Origin: an uncultured beta proteobacterium
Lineage (GTDB): Bacteria > Pseudomonadota > Gammaproteobacteria > Burkholderiales > Usitatibacteraceae
Length of the DNA stretch: 64,000 nucleotides
Reading direction: 5' to 3'
Assembly: GCA_963741815.1 (NCBI GenBank)
Contig: CAVUJI010000001.1
Coordinates: forward strand, 502,265 to 566,264
Shown one piece after another: positions 32,001 through 47,564 of the stretch. Position 1 is the first letter of the stretch, and the number at the start of each line of letters is the position of its first letter. The position numbers were made by a program, and so were the translations under genes. The notes beneath the pieces are model-generated. The model saw only the letters and a program-made list of their open reading frames with translations. It was not told the origin of the DNA and ran no database searches.

Positions 32001-33302
32001 TCAGGATGCGGCGGCGTACACCGGGTGCGCGGCGCAAACCGCCTTCACGCGCTCGGCGACCCGGGCGAGGCGCGCGCCGTCGCCGGGGGCCTCGAGCACG
32101 TCGGCGATGCAATGGGCCACCTCGCGCGCGGCCGCGCCGTCGAGGCCGCGCGTCGTGAGCGCCGCGGAGCCCACGCGGATGCCGCTCGTGACGGTCGGCT
32201 TCTCCGGGTCGTTCGGGATCGCGTTCTTGTTGACGGTGAGGTGCGCGCGGCCGAGCGCGGCTTCCGCGTCGCGCCCCGTCACGCCCATCGGCCGCAGGTC
32301 GACCAGGAAGAGGTGGCAGTCGGTGCCGCCCGAGACGATGCGCAGCCCCCGCTCGGCGAGGACCTGCGCCATGGCGCGGGCGTTGGCGAGGACCTCGCGC
32401 TGGTAGTCCCGGAACGCGGGCTGCAGCGCCTCGTGGAAGGCGACGGCCTTGGCGGCGATCACGTGCATGAGCGGGCCGCCCTGCAGGCCGGGGAAGACGC
32501 TGGAGTTGAGCGCCTTCTCGTGCGCGGCGCCGGCGAGGACGAAGCCGCCGCGCGGCCCGCGCAGCGTCTTGTGCGTCGTGCTGGTCACGAAATGCGCGTG
32601 CCCGACGGGGCTGGGATAGACGCCGGCGGCGACGAGGCCCGCGTAGTGGGCCATGTCGGCCATGAGCAGCGCGCCCGCCTCGTCGGCGATCCCGCGCAGC
32701 AGCGCCCAGTCGATCACGCGCGAGTAGGCGCTGGCGCCCGCCACGATCATCGGCGGGCGATGCGCGCGCGCGAGGTCGCGCACCTGGTCGTAGTCGATGC
32801 GCTCGTCGGCGCCGAGCCCGTAGGCGACGCCGTGGAAGAGCCTGCCGGAGAGGTTGACCGCCGCCCCGTGCGTGAGGTGCCCGCCGTGGGCGAGCGACAT
32901 GCCGAGGATCTTGTCGCCGGGCTTCAGCGCGGCGAAGTACACCGACTGGTTCGCCTGGGAGCCCGAGTGCGGCTGCACGTTCGCGTACTCGGCGCCGAAC
33001 AGGCGCTTCACGCGCTCGATCGCCAGCGCCTCGGCCACGTCGACGTGCTCGCAGCCTCCGTAGTAGCGCTTGCCCGGGTAGCCCTCCGCGTACTTGTTGG
33101 TGAGCACCGAGCCCTGCGCCTCCAGCACCGCCTCGCTCACGTAGTTCTCCGAGGCGATGAGCTCGAGGTGGTCCTCCTGCCGCGCGCGCTCGGCGCGCAC
33201 GGCCTGCCAGAGCTGCGGGTCGGCGGCGGCGAGCCCGCGGGCCGGCTGCGCCCGGGCGGCGGCGGGTGCGGGAGGGGAAACGGAAACGGGGACTGCGCTC
33301 AT
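32001..33302 (-). CDS. glyA: Serine hydroxymethyltransferase
   Basis: [62 protein letters not shown]. Confidence 0.97.
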   Translation of the reverse strand: MSAVPVSVSPPAPAAARAQPARGLAAADPQLWQAVRAERARQEDHLELIASENYVSEAVLEAQGSVLTNKYAEGYPGKRYYGGCEHVDVAEALAIERVKRLFGAEYANVQPHSGSQANQSVYFAALKPGDKILGMSLAHGGHLTHGAAVNLSGRLFHGVAYGLGADERIDYDQVRDLARAHRPPMIVAGASAYSRVIDWALLRGIADEAGALLMADMAHYAGLVAAGVYPSPVGHAHFVTSTTHKTLRGPRGGFVLAGAAHEKALNSSVFPGLQGGPLMHVIAAKAVAFHEALQPAFRDYQREVLANARAMAQVLAERGLRIVSGGTDCHLFLVDLRPMGVTGRDAEAALGRAHLTVNKNAIPNDPEKPTVTSGIRVGSAALTTRGLDGAAAREVAHCIADVLEAPGDGARLARVAERVKAVCAAHPVYAAAS

Positions 33303-33377
33303 GCGGCCTTCTCCAGGCAACGGTCGGGAACGGGCGCGCCAAGCGGCGCCGGACTCCAGAGTAGGGTGCCCGGGGTC

Positions 33378-33424
33378 CAAATCAAAGTTTATTTTTATGG
33401 CATCATGCATTAGGTTTTCTTATG
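33378..33424. promoter_or_regulatory. LysR-type operator between glyA and the regulator
   Basis: AT-rich stretch containing CATTAG-N5-CTTATG dyad (33408-33424, T-N11-A) plus an adjacent degenerate site. Confidence 0.65.
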
Positions 33425-33441
33425 GACGGGAACCGCCGGCC

Positions 33442-34401
33442 GTGAAGCACATCAGCCGCCGCCAGCTGCGCGTCTTCGCCACCGTCGTGGCCGAGCAGAG
33501 CTTCTCGGGCGCCGCGAAGGTGCTGCACCTCACCCAGCCCGCCGTGTCGCTGCAGGTGAAGGAGCTCGAGCGCTCCTGCGGGCTGCCGCTGCTCGACCGC
33601 TCGGGCGGGCGCATGCGGCCCACCGAGGCCGGGCGCGAGATCCTGCACGCGGCCCACGCCGTGGAGCGCGAGCTCAAGGGCGCCGAGGAGGCGATCTCGG
33701 CGCTGAAGGGGCTCAAGGGAGGCCTGCTCACGGTGGCGGTGATCAGCACCGCGCAGTACATCGCGCCTCGCCTGCTCGCCGAGTTCTGCCGCCGCAACGC
33801 GGACGTGAAGCTGCGCCTGGACGTGTGCAACCGCGAGGCGATGGTCCGCCACCTCGACGAGGACGACATCGACATCGCGATCATGGGCCGGCCGCCGGGC
33901 GAGATCGAGACGACCGCCGAGCCCTTCGCGCCCAACCCCCACCTCGCGATCGCCGCCCCCGGCCACCGCCTCGTGGGCCGGCGGCGCGTCGCCGTGCGCG
34001 AGCTGATCGAGGAGCCGTTCATCGCGCGCGAGCCCGGCTCGGGCACGCGCATGCTCTTCGACGCGATCCTCGCGCGCCACCACCTGCCGTTCGTGCCCAC
34101 GCTCGTCATGAGCAGCAACGAGACGATCAAGCAGGCGGTGATGGCGGGGATGGCGCTGTCGTTCCTCTCGCTGCACACCCTGGGACTGGAGCTGGCCACG
34201 GGGGCGCTGCGCGCGCTCGACGTGCAGGAGATGCCGGTGGTGCGCCGCTGGTACCTCGTGCAGCGGCGCGACAAGCGCCTGTCGCCGGCCGCGCTCGCCT
34301 TCCGCGGCTTCATGCTGGAAGAAGCGGGCGCCTTCGTCGAGACGATGATGGCGCCGGCGCTGGCCGCGGCGCGCCTGAAGCACCCGCGGCTGAAAGCCTA
34401 G
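33442..34401 (+). CDS. LysR-family regulator, CbbR/QscR subfamily
   Basis: HTH QLRVF..SFS.AA..LHLTQPAVS.Q; STAQY..PRLL..F, D.AIMGRPP, FAPNP, REPGSGTR, SSNETIKQAVMAGM..SFLSLHT. Confidence 0.88.
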   Translation: MKHISRRQLRVFATVVAEQSFSGAAKVLHLTQPAVSLQVKELERSCGLPLLDRSGGRMRPTEAGREILHAAHAVERELKGAEEAISALKGLKGGLLTVAVISTAQYIAPRLLAEFCRRNADVKLRLDVCNREAMVRHLDEDDIDIAIMGRPPGEIETTAEPFAPNPHLAIAAPGHRLVGRRRVAVRELIEEPFIAREPGSGTRMLFDAILARHHLPFVPTLVMSSNETIKQAVMAGMALSFLSLHTLGLELATGALRALDVQEMPVVRRWYLVQRRDKRLSPAALAFRGFMLEEAGAFVETMMAPALAAARLKHPRLKA

Positions 34402-34432
34402 GCGGCGGGCGCCGGGCCCGGGGCGCGCGCCC

Positions 34433-37195
<2,763 letters not shown>

Positions 37196-37307
37196 GGGAG
37201 GCGGGAGCTAGGGGGAGATGCGAAACCGGCCCGCGGGAGGGGGCCGGAGGTCTTCGATTATAAGGGAGATGGGGACGCCCCGCGCGGGCGCAACCCCGGG
37301 CCCGCGC

Positions 37308-38255
37308 TCAGCGCTGCAGGGCGGCCTTCATCACGCCTTCCTTGCGGCCCTTGGCGAGGAACTTGTTGGGGTTCAACGGGATGCCGTTCTCCCGCACCTC
37401 GAAGTGCAGGTGCGGCCCCGTGGTGCGCCCGGTGTTGCCGACCAGGCCGATCCGCTGGCCCTTCATCACCACGTCGCCCACCTTGACCAGGCGCTTGGAC
37501 AGGTGCGCGTAGCGCGACGTGAGGCCGTTGTCGTGGTCCACGTCGATCATGTTCCCGTACTCGGAGTTGTAGCCGGAGGTGGAGACCACCCCGCCGGCGG
37601 CGGCCATGACCGGCGTGCCCACGTTGGCCACGATGTCCACCCCGGTATGGAACGCGCGATGCCCGTTGATCGGGTCGATCCGGTAGCCGTAGTTCGACGA
37701 GTAGTAGCCCGCGCCCACCGGCATCGTCGTGGGGATGGTCTTGCGGGCGAGGCGGTCGTCCATGATGAACGAGTCGAGCACGCCGAACTTGTCGCTGCGG
37801 TCGTCGAGCACGCCCGAGAGCTGGTCGAGGAGCTCGTGCAGCTGCGGCACGCTGAGGTCGGGCCCGGCGCTCACCAGGGGGCCGCCCTGTCCCGGCTCGT
37901 CGTCGAAGCGGAACTCGTCCTTCTTCACGCCGACCGCCTTGGCCAGGCGCGCGCCGAACGCGTCCAGGCGCAGGATGCGCGCCTGCAGCTCGCCCACCTT
38001 CGCGGCGAGCGCGCCCATGTTCTCCTTCAGCTCCGTCTCGTTGCGCTTCAGGTCGTCCTTGTGCAGCGTGGCGACCAGGGAGCGCAGCAGGGGGTTGCGC
38101 ATGTCGACGGCGAACCGCATCGTGACGAGGTAGGTCGCCGTCGCGAGCACGAAGCCGGCCAGCAGGATCGCCAGCGCGATGAGGACCACCTGCGTTTGCG
38201 AGAGCGTGACCGCACGGCTCTTCGCGAGGCTGTCCGAAACGAGAATAATGTTCAC
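37308..38255 (-). CDS. M23 family metallopeptidase
   Basis: N-terminal TM, coiled-coil, HTGVD, YGNMI.VDH..G..SRYAHL, TGRTTGPHLHFEV; GGAGG RBS. Confidence 0.93.
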   Translation of the reverse strand: MNIILVSDSLAKSRAVTLSQTQVVLIALAILLAGFVLATATYLVTMRFAVDMRNPLLRSLVATLHKDDLKRNETELKENMGALAAKVGELQARILRLDAFGARLAKAVGVKKDEFRFDDEPGQGGPLVSAGPDLSVPQLHELLDQLSGVLDDRSDKFGVLDSFIMDDRLARKTIPTTMPVGAGYYSSNYGYRIDPINGHRAFHTGVDIVANVGTPVMAAAGGVVSTSGYNSEYGNMIDVDHDNGLTSRYAHLSKRLVKVGDVVMKGQRIGLVGNTGRTTGPHLHFEVRENGIPLNPNKFLAKGRKEGVMKAALQR

Positions 38256-38276
38256 CACATACCTCCGTTCCCCGAC

Positions 38277-38723
38277 ATGGCACCCGAACCCATCGCCAAG
38301 CTGCTCGGCGGCAACGCCGAGCTCGAACCGCTCGCGCGGCGGCTCCACGACATCGAGCGCCTGCAGCGGCGCTATCGGACTCTTGCCCCCGGGCCCCTCG
38401 CGCAGGCGAGCCGGGTGTGCGCCATCGACGGAACGACCGTCGTGATTTGCGCGGCCAGCGGCGCCGTCGCGGCGGCCCTGCGGCAGATCGCGCCCCGGTT
38501 GCTCTCGGGACTGCGCGGCACGCCGCGAAAGTCCTCGAAACCCTCGGTGGATCAGGAATTTACTGGAATCCGCATCGAAGTTCAAGTCGCGGAACACCCG
38601 GTGCGCCGGCCGGTTCGCGCCCGCGGGCCGATGCCGCGCGAGAAGCTGGGCGAGGTCGCGCGCGACATGGCGGACTCGGCGCTGAAGCAGGCGCTCGAGC
38701 GCATCGCCGGCCGGCGCAAGTGA
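38277..38723 (+). CDS. dciA: DciA/DUF721 family protein
   Basis: Position between lpxC and M23/secA; A.SGAVAA.LRQI.P.LL..L, I.IEVQ. Confidence 0.75.
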   Translation: MAPEPIAKLLGGNAELEPLARRLHDIERLQRRYRTLAPGPLAQASRVCAIDGTTVVICAASGAVAAALRQIAPRLLSGLRGTPRKSSKPSVDQEFTGIRIEVQVAEHPVRRPVRARGPMPREKLGEVARDMADSALKQALERIAGRRK

Positions 38724-38739
38724 AAAAGGGGAAAGTTTC

Positions 38740-39654
38740 CTACTGCGGCTGGAGCTGGAGCTTGGCGAAGGCGCGGGGGAGCGCCTCGATGCGGTCGAAC
38801 GTCACCTCCTCCCACGCGCTCTCGTCGGCGAGGAGCTTGCGCAGGAGCAGGTTGTTCAGCGCGTGGCCCGACTTGTGGCCGTGGAAGGCGCCGATGAGGG
38901 GGTGGCCCAGGAGGTAGAGGTCGCCCAGGGCGTCGAGCGCCTTGTGCATCACGAACTCGTGCTCCATGCGCAGGCCGTCCGCGTTGAGCACGCGGAAGTC
39001 GTCGACGACGATCGCGTTGTCGAGCGAGCCGCCCCGGCCCAGCCCCAGGGAGCGCATCTTCTCCACGTCCTGCATGAAGCCGAAGGTGCGCGCGCGCGAG
39101 ACCTCGCGCACGAACGACACCTCGGCGAAGTCGACCTCGACGTGCGAGTGCGCCGCCTCGAAGACGGGGTGGCGGAACGCGATCTCGAAGCCGAGCTTGA
39201 ACCCGTTGAACGGCTCGAGCCGGACGCTCTTGTCGCCCTGCTCGACCGCGACGGTCTTCAGCACGCGCACGTAGCGCTTGGGCGCGGCCTGCTCCTCGAG
39301 GCCCGCCGACTGGATGAGGAACACGAAGGTGCCGGCGCTGCCGTCCATGATCGGCACCTCCTCGGCGGACACGTCCACGAAGGCGTTGTCGACGCCGAGC
39401 CCGGCGAAGGCGGACATGAGGTGCTCGATGGTGGACACGCGGGCCCCGTCGCGCTCGATCACGGTGGCCATCGTGGTGTTGCTCACGTTGAGCGCGCGCG
39501 CCGGGATGGCGGGCGCGCCCGGCAGGTCCGAGCGGCAGAAGACGATGCCGGTGTCGACCGGTGCCGGCCGCAGCACCATCGTCACCTTGCTGCCCGTGTG
39601 CAGCCCTACGCCGGTGGCGCGGATCGCGGTCTTGAGGGTGCGCTGCCTGATCAT
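38740..39654 (-). CDS. lpxC: UDP-3-O-acyl-GlcNAc deacetylase
   Basis: [47 protein letters not shown]. Confidence 0.98.
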   Translation of the reverse strand: MIRQRTLKTAIRATGVGLHTGSKVTMVLRPAPVDTGIVFCRSDLPGAPAIPARALNVSNTTMATVIERDGARVSTIEHLMSAFAGLGVDNAFVDVSAEEVPIMDGSAGTFVFLIQSAGLEEQAAPKRYVRVLKTVAVEQGDKSVRLEPFNGFKLGFEIAFRHPVFEAAHSHVEVDFAEVSFVREVSRARTFGFMQDVEKMRSLGLGRGGSLDNAIVVDDFRVLNADGLRMEHEFVMHKALDALGDLYLLGHPLIGAFHGHKSGHALNNLLLRKLLADESAWEEVTFDRIEALPRAFAKLQLQPQ

Positions 39655-39844
39655 TTTGCCAATCATATCAGACCTTTATGCCCGAGGCCAGCCGGCACCC
39701 CCGCACGGCACCCGGGACGCAAGGAAAAGCGGGCCCCGCGGGGCCCGCCAAGGTGCAGCCACGGCGCCGGCGGGAGACGCGCCGGCACCGCTCCCGGGCG
39801 GGGGGACACCCCTCGCCCGGCCAACGCACGCTCGCGCGCGGCGT

Positions 39845-40997
39845 CTAGTCCGCCTGCTTGCGCAGGAACGCCGGGATGTCGAGCATGTCGACGCCCGAGT
39901 GCCGCATCGCCTCGACCGTGACGTCGCGCCGGCGGCGGATCGCCGTGGGCTGGTCGAGCTCCTCGTAGTTCACGCCCGGGCCCGCGTCGTCCGTTCCCGT
40001 GCGCGGCACCACCTGCATCACCGGCGTGCGCTGCGCGGCCGCCCCGCCCAGCCCCGTGGCCACGATCGTCACGCGCAGCGCGTCGCCGATCGCCTCGTCG
40101 ATGACGCTGCCGTAGATCACGGTCGCGTCCTCGGCGGTGAACGAGCGGATCGTGTTCATCACCTCGTGCACCTCCTTGAGCTTCATCGAGTGGCTCGCGG
40201 TGATGTTCACCAGCACGCCGCGCGCACCCGCGAGGTGGATGTCCTCCAGCAGCGGGCGAGTGCACCGCCTGCTCGGCGGCCATCTGCGCGCGCTCGGGCC
40301 CCGAGGCCATGGCCGAGCCCATCATCGCCATGCCGTTCTCGCTCATCACGGTGCGCACGTCGGCGAAGTCGACGTTGACCATGCCCGGGCAGTTGATGAC
40401 CTCGGCGATGCCGGCGACCGCGCCGTTCAGCACGTCGTTCGAGGCGCGGAAGGCGTCCTCGTAGGTCACGTCCTCGCCCAGCACCTGCATCAGCTTGTCG
40501 TTGGGGATGATGATGAGCGAGTCGACGTGCTGCTTGAGCTGGTCGATGCCCACGGCCGCGACCTTCTGGCGCTTGCCCTCGAAGGCGAAGGGCTTGGTCA
40601 CGACGGCCACCGTCAGGATGCCCAGCTCGCGCGCGATCTCCGCCACCACGGGGGCCGCGCCCGTGCCGGTGCCGCCGCCCATGCCCGCCGTGATGAACAG
40701 CATGTCGGCGCCGCTCGATCGAGCTCGATGATGCGCTCGCGGTCCTCCTCGGCGGCCATCGCGGCCCACCTCGGGGTTGGCGCCGGCGCCCAGGCCCTTG
40801 GTGACGCCGCTGCCCAGCTGCAGCGTGGTGCGGGCGAGGTTGCGCTTGAGCGCCTGCGCGTCGGTGTTCATCGTGATGAACTCGACGCCCTGCACGCCGT
40901 TGTTGATCATGTGATCGACGGCGTTGCCGCCGCAGCCGCCCACGCCGATGACCCGGATCACCGCCTCCGGGGATTGGCTTTCCAGCAGCTCGATCAT
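39845..40997 (-). CDS. ftsZ: Cell division protein FtsZ (frameshifted, likely errors)
   Basis: GVGGCGGNAV, NTDAQAL, GMGGGTGTG, NVDFADVRTVM, C-terminal DIPAFLRKQAD. Confidence 0.97.
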
Positions 40998-41048
40998 CTT
41001 CGTCTCCTTTGTTGTGGCGTTGCCCATTCGCTTCCGGCGCCTGCGGCG

Positions 41049-42299
41049 CTAGAAGTTGCCCTTGAACCAGTTCTTCATCCGTTCCAGGACCTCCTTGAAG
41101 CCGGCGCCCTGGATGCGCGCATGGCGGTCGCGCCGGACCTGCTCGAGGCCGGCGGCGAGCAGCCCGACCGCGGTCGCGTAGCGGGGGTTGCGCACCACCT
41201 CGGCGAGCGCGCCCGAATAGGTGGGCGCGCCCACGCGCACCGGCATGTGGAAGATCTCCTCGCCCAGCTCGACCATGCCCTGCATGAGCGCCGAGCCGCC
41301 GGTGATCACGATCCCCGAGGAGAGCAGCTCCTCGAAGCCCGAGGCGCGCAGCTCCCGCTGCACCAGCGAGTACAGCTCCTCCACGCGCGGCTCGATCACC
41401 TCGGCGAGCGTCTGGCGCGACAGCTCCCGGGGCCCGCGGTCGCCGACGCCCGGCACCTCGATCATCTCGTTCGGCGTCGGCGAGCTGGCGCAGCGCGCAC
41501 GCCGTGGCGCGATCTTGAGTTCCTCGGCGTCGCGCGTCGGCGTGCGCAGCGCCATCGCGATGTCGTTGGTGATCTGGTCGCCGGCGATCGGGATCACCGC
41601 GGTGTGCGGATCGCGCCGTCGGTGAACACCGCCATGTCGGTCGTGCCGCCGCCGATGTCGACCAGGCAGACGCCGAGGTCGCGTCTCGTCCTCGTGCAGC
41701 ACCGCGTCGGCGATGGCGAGCGGCTGCAGCATCAGGTCGCGCACCTCGAGCCCGCAGCGGCGCACGCACTTGATGATGTTCTGCGCGGCCGACACCGCGC
41801 CGGTCACGATGTGGACCTTCACCTCCAGGCGCACGCCCGCTCATGCCGAGCGGCTCGCGCACGTCCTCCTGGCCGTCGATGATGAATTCCTGCCGAGGAT
41901 GTGGAGCATCTGCTGGTCGGTCGGGATGTTCACCGCGCGGGCGGTCTCGATCACGCGGTCGATGTCGAGCTGCTGTGACTTCCTTGTCCTTGATCGCCAC
42001 CATCCCGGTGGAGTTGAAGCTCCGGATGTGGCTGCCGGCGATGCCCGGTGACACGTCGCGTCGATCTTGCAGTCGGCCATCAGCTCGGCTTCCTCGAGCG
42101 CGCGCTGGATCGCGTTCACCGTCGACTCGATGTTGACCACCACGCCTTTCTTGAGCCCGCGCGAGGGGTGGCTGCCCAGGCCGATGAGGTTCAGGGTGTC
42201 CTCGGGCGTGATCTCGGCGACGAGGGTGACGATCTTCGAGGTGCCGATGTCGAGGGCGACGAGGAGGTTGCGGCTGTCTCGGGGGCGCGAGGGGATCAT
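41049..42299 (-). CDS. ftsA: Cell division protein FtsA (frameshifted)
   Basis: ALDIGTSKI, GLKKGVVVNIE, LEVKVHIVTG, GDQITNDIA, VITGG, NPRYATAVGL. Confidence 0.95.
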
Positions 42300-43033
42300 T
42301 TCTTCTTCCGCGCTCTGGCGGCGGGGGGGACGGGTTGGACGTCGGCGGCGCGGCGCAGCGCGAAGCCGTTGGGGTAGCGCAGGTCGGCATGGGCGCTCTC
42401 CACCCCCTGGGCGGCGAGCTGCGGCCAGGCGCGGGCGAAGCGCACGAGCCGCGGCAGGTAGTCGCCGCGGCCCAGCTCGAGGACGAGCCCGCTGGCGAGC
42501 ACGACCTGCCAGGCCCCGCGCGCGGACAGGCGCAGCTCCGCGACCGGGATGCGCAGGGGGGCCAGCGCCTGGGCGATGGCGCCGTACTCGCTCGCCATCA
42601 GCGGGGCGGCGCCGTCGGGGCCGCGGAAGCGCGGCAGCTTGCGGCGCTCGTCGCCGTGGAAGACCTCGCCGCGCGGGCTCACCGAGCGCCTGCTCGCCCC
42701 AGTAGGCGAGCGCCTGGTAGGTATCGAGCGAGACCTCGAGCGTGGCCGGGAAGCGCCGGCGCACCGCCGCGTCGCGCACCCAGGGAATGCGCCGGGCGGC
42801 CTCGCGCACGCCGTCGAGGCTCACGCGGCCGACCGCGCGCCCGCGCAGGCTCGCCGCGAAGGCGTCGAGATCGGCGCGCGCGACCGGCCCCGTGTCGCCG
42901 ACGAAGACCACGTCCCGGATCGGTTGCGCGGCGAGCCAGCGCCAGCCCTGCCAGCCGCCGGCGCCGACGACGGCCAGCACGGCGAGCGCGGCGAGGGCGC
43001 GGGCGAGCGCGTAGCGCAGGCGGCGCGGCTCGC

Positions 43034-43037
<4 letters not shown>
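42296..43037 (-). CDS. ftsQ: Cell division protein FtsQ (one frameshift near 42685)
   Basis: TM, POTRA (IPWVRDAAVRRRFP), C-terminal DLRYPNGFA. Confidence 0.9.
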
Positions 43038-43973
<936 letters not shown>

Positions 43974-43977
<4 letters not shown>

Positions 43978-44939
43978 GCGGCCTCCCCACGATGCGCACC
44001 TCGGCTTGAGGTCGATGCCGGTCTGCGCGCAGCACCGCGCGCGCGCACGTGGCTCGATCAACGGCCTCGATGTCGGCGGCGCGTGCGCCGCGCCCGAGAT
44101 TGACGATGAAGTTCGCGTGCTTCTCGCGAGACGCGCGCGCGCGCCGGCCGTGTAGCCCTTGAGCCCGCACGACTCGATGAGCCGCGCCGCGTGGTCGCCG
44201 GGCGGGTTGCGGAAGACGCTGCCCGCGTTGGGCAGCGGCAGCGGCTGGGAGGCGACGCGCCGCGAGAGCAGCTCGCGCATTCGCGCGCGTGGCCGGCGCC
44301 TGTCGCCGGCGGCGAAGGCGGAAGTCCGCCGCGCACGAACCATTCGTCCTGCGCCCGAGCGCACGCCGCGCGCGTGCCGGTAGCCCAGCGCGTAGTCGGC
44401 CGGCACGCGGCTCGTGCAGCGCGCCCGCGCGGTCGATCGTGACGCACGCCGAGCACGATGTCCCAGGTCTCGCTGCCGTAGCAGCCGGCGTTCATCGCGA
44501 GCGCGCCGCCGATGCGTGCCCGGCATGCCGGCCAGGAACTCGGCGCCGCCGCCAGCCGTGCATCGCCGCGAAGCGCGCGAGCTTGCGGGCTCGGCGACGC
44601 CCGCGCATCGGCGTAGACGCCCATTTCCGTCGATCGCCCGGCATCGGGGTCCGACCCCGATCTCGATGCCCATCAACGCGGGGTGGGTGAGCACGACCGT
44701 GCCGCGCAGGCCGCCGTCGCGCACCAGCAGGTTGCTGCCGAGCCCGACGAAGAGCACGCGGCTCGGCGGCGCGGCAGCTCGCGCAGGAAGGCGCCGAGAT
44801 CCTCGACGATCGGCGGGCTGGAAGAGCAGGCGCGCGCGCCCGCCGGCGCGCCAGCTGCACGTGGCGCGCCATCGGCTCGTCCCGCCGCAGCGCGCCGCGC
44901 AGGCCCCGTCGACGAGCTGAGGGGCTCGGCCATGTGCAT
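43974..44939 (-). CDS. murB: UDP-N-acetylenolpyruvoylglucosamine reductase (heavily frameshifted)
   Basis: Fragments [39 protein letters not shown]. Confidence 0.88.
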
Positions 44940-44945
44940 CGTCCT

Positions 44946-46387
44946 CTAGCCCTGTCCCGCCGCCGCGGGCTGCGGGGCCTGCGCGAGCTCGGCGGCGAGC
45001 CCGCCGATGGATCCGGCGCCCATGGTGACCACGACGTCGCCGTCGCGCGCACGCAGCCGCGCACCGCGTCGCGCCATCTCGCGCGACCGACTCGACGAAC
45101 ACCGGCTCGACCTTGCCCGCGACGCGCACCGCGCGCGCGAGCGAGCGGCCGTCCGCGGCGACGATCGGCGCCTCGCCCGCCGGGTAGACCTCGGCCAGCA
45201 GCAGCGCGTCGACGGTCGAGAGCACCCGCACGAAGTCCTCGAACAGGTCGCGCGTGCGGGTGTAGCGGTGCGGCTGGAACGCGAGCACGATGCGGCGGCC
45301 CGGGAAGGCGCCGCGCGCGGCGGCGAGCGTGGCCGCCATCTCGGCGGGGTGGTGGCCGTAGTCGTCGACCAGCGTGAAGCGGCCGCCGCCGGCGAGCGCC
45401 ACCTCGCCGTAGCGCTGGAAGCGCCGGCCGACGCCGCGTGAACTCGGCGAGCGCCTTCTGCGATCGCGCGCGTCCGGCACGCCGAGCTCGCGACGCGACG
45501 GCGATCGCCGCGAGCGCGTTCAGCACGTTGTGCCGCCCGGGCAGATTGAGCGTCACCTCGCAGCGGCGCGAAGCCGTTCCGTCGCGCAGCGCGCGAAAGC
45601 GCATCGCGCCGCGGCGTGCCCATCGCACGTCCTCGGCGCGCACGGTCGGCGTCGGCGGCGAAGCCGTAGGTGAGCACCGGCTTCGGACCGAGCGGCAGGA
45701 TCGTCGCGCACGTGCGGCGTCGTCCACGCACAGGACGGCCATGCCGTAGAAGGGCAGGTGCTGCAGGAACTCGACGAAGCGCCTGCTTCGAGCTGCGCGA
45801 AGTCGTGCTCGTAGGTCTCCATGTGATCGGCGTCGATGTTGGTGACGACCGCGACCACGGGCTGCAGGTAGAGGAAGGAGGCGTCGCGACTCGTCCGCCT
45901 CGACGACGATGAACTCGCCGCCGCCGAGCCGCGCGTTGGAGCCGGCGGCAGTTCAGCCGCCCGCCGATGACGAAGGTCGGATCGAGCCCGCCTTCGGCCG
46001 AGCACGCTCGCCACGAGGCTGGTGGTGGTCGTCTTGCCGTGGGTGCCGGCGATGGCGATGCCCTGCTTGAGGCGCATCAGCTCGGCCAGCATCAGCGCGC
46101 GCGGCACGATCGGCACGCGCCTGTCGCGCGCGCGCGACCACTTCCGGGTTGTCGCGCGCGCACCGCGGTCGAGACGACCACCGCGTCGGCGCCCTCGACG
46201 TTGCGCCGCGGCGTGCCCGACGGCGACGTCGGACGCCGAGCGCGCGCAGGCGCGCGCATCGCCGCGCTCTCGCGCGAGGTCCGAGCCGGTCACCTGCGTA
46301 GCCGAGGTTGAGCAGCACCTCGGCGATGCCGCTCATGCCGGAGCCGCCGATGCCGACGAAGTGGATGCGCTTCACCTTATGCTTCAC
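44946..46387 (-). CDS. murC: UDP-N-acetylmuramate--L-alanine ligase (heavily frameshifted)
   Basis: [55 protein letters not shown]. Confidence 0.93.
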
Positions 46388-47564
46388 GCGGCGAGCTCCT
46401 CGCACGAGTCGCCATGCAGCGCTCGGCGACTGCGCGTCGCGTCGGCTTGCCCAGCGCGCGCGCCTTGCGCGCCATGTCGAGCAGGCGCGCGCGGTCGAGC
46501 GCCGCGCAGCACGCCGGCGAGCGCCGTCGCGGCGTCGTCTCGAGCTGCGGCATCAGCGATGCGCCGCGCCCCGCGCGGCGAGGTAGCGCGCGTTCGCGCT
46601 CTGGTGGTCGTCGACCGCGATACGGCAGCGGCACGAGGATCGCGGCCACGCCGGCGGCGGCGAGCTCGGCCACGGTGATCGCGCCCGCGCGGCACGCACG
46701 AGCAGTCGGCCCAGCCGTAGCGCGCGCGCCATGTCGTCGATGAACGGCACGCAGCTCGCGCGGCCACGCCCGCCGCGGCGTAGTCGGCGCGCAGCGCCTC
46801 GCAGGTGCTTCTCGCCCGCCTGGTGCACGACCTGCGGGCCGCTCGCCCGGCGCCATCGCGCGAGCGCGCCCGGGCACGAGCCTCGTTCAGCGCCTGCGCG
46901 CCGAGGCTGCCGCCGACCACGAGCAGGCGGAGCGGCCCGCCGCGCCCGCGAAGCGCTGCGCCGGCGGCGCAAGCGCGCGATGTCCGCGCGCACCGGGTTG
47001 CCGAGCCATCGACCCGGCGGGGCTTCGGCAGCGCGTTGCCCAGCGCGGGGACCCGCCGCTCGAAGGCGCCTCCATGCCGAGACGACGCGGTCGGCCAGCG
47101 GGCGAGCACGCGGTTGGCGAGCCCGGCGACCGCGTTCTGCTCGTGCACCGCGAGCGGCCGCGCCAGCAGCGACGGCCATCATGCCGCCGGGGAAGGCGAC
47201 GTAGCCGCCCATGCCGAGCACGACGTCGGGCCGCACCCGGAAGATCGCGCGCGTGCGCTCTCCCAGAACGACGCGCAGCAGGTGAGCGGCAGCAGCAGCC
47301 TAGGCGAGCAGCGCCCTTGCCGCGCAGCGCCGCGCGCGAATGCCACGCCATGATCGGGTAGCCGCGCCGCGGCACGAGCCGCGCCTCCATGCCCGCCGGC
47401 GTGCCCAGCCAGACCACCGTCCCAGCCCGCGGCCCGCGCAGCTCTCGGCGACCGCGAGCCCGGGGAAGATGTGCCGCCCGGTGCCGCCCGCCATGATCAT
47501 GATGGTCCTGGCCCCTCGGAGCGCCCCGGCGGGCGGCGACGGCATGGGGAACCGGGCGCGTCAC
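46384..47564 (-). CDS. murG: Lipid II GlcNAc transferase (heavily frameshifted)
   Basis: [50 protein letters not shown]. Confidence 0.9.
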
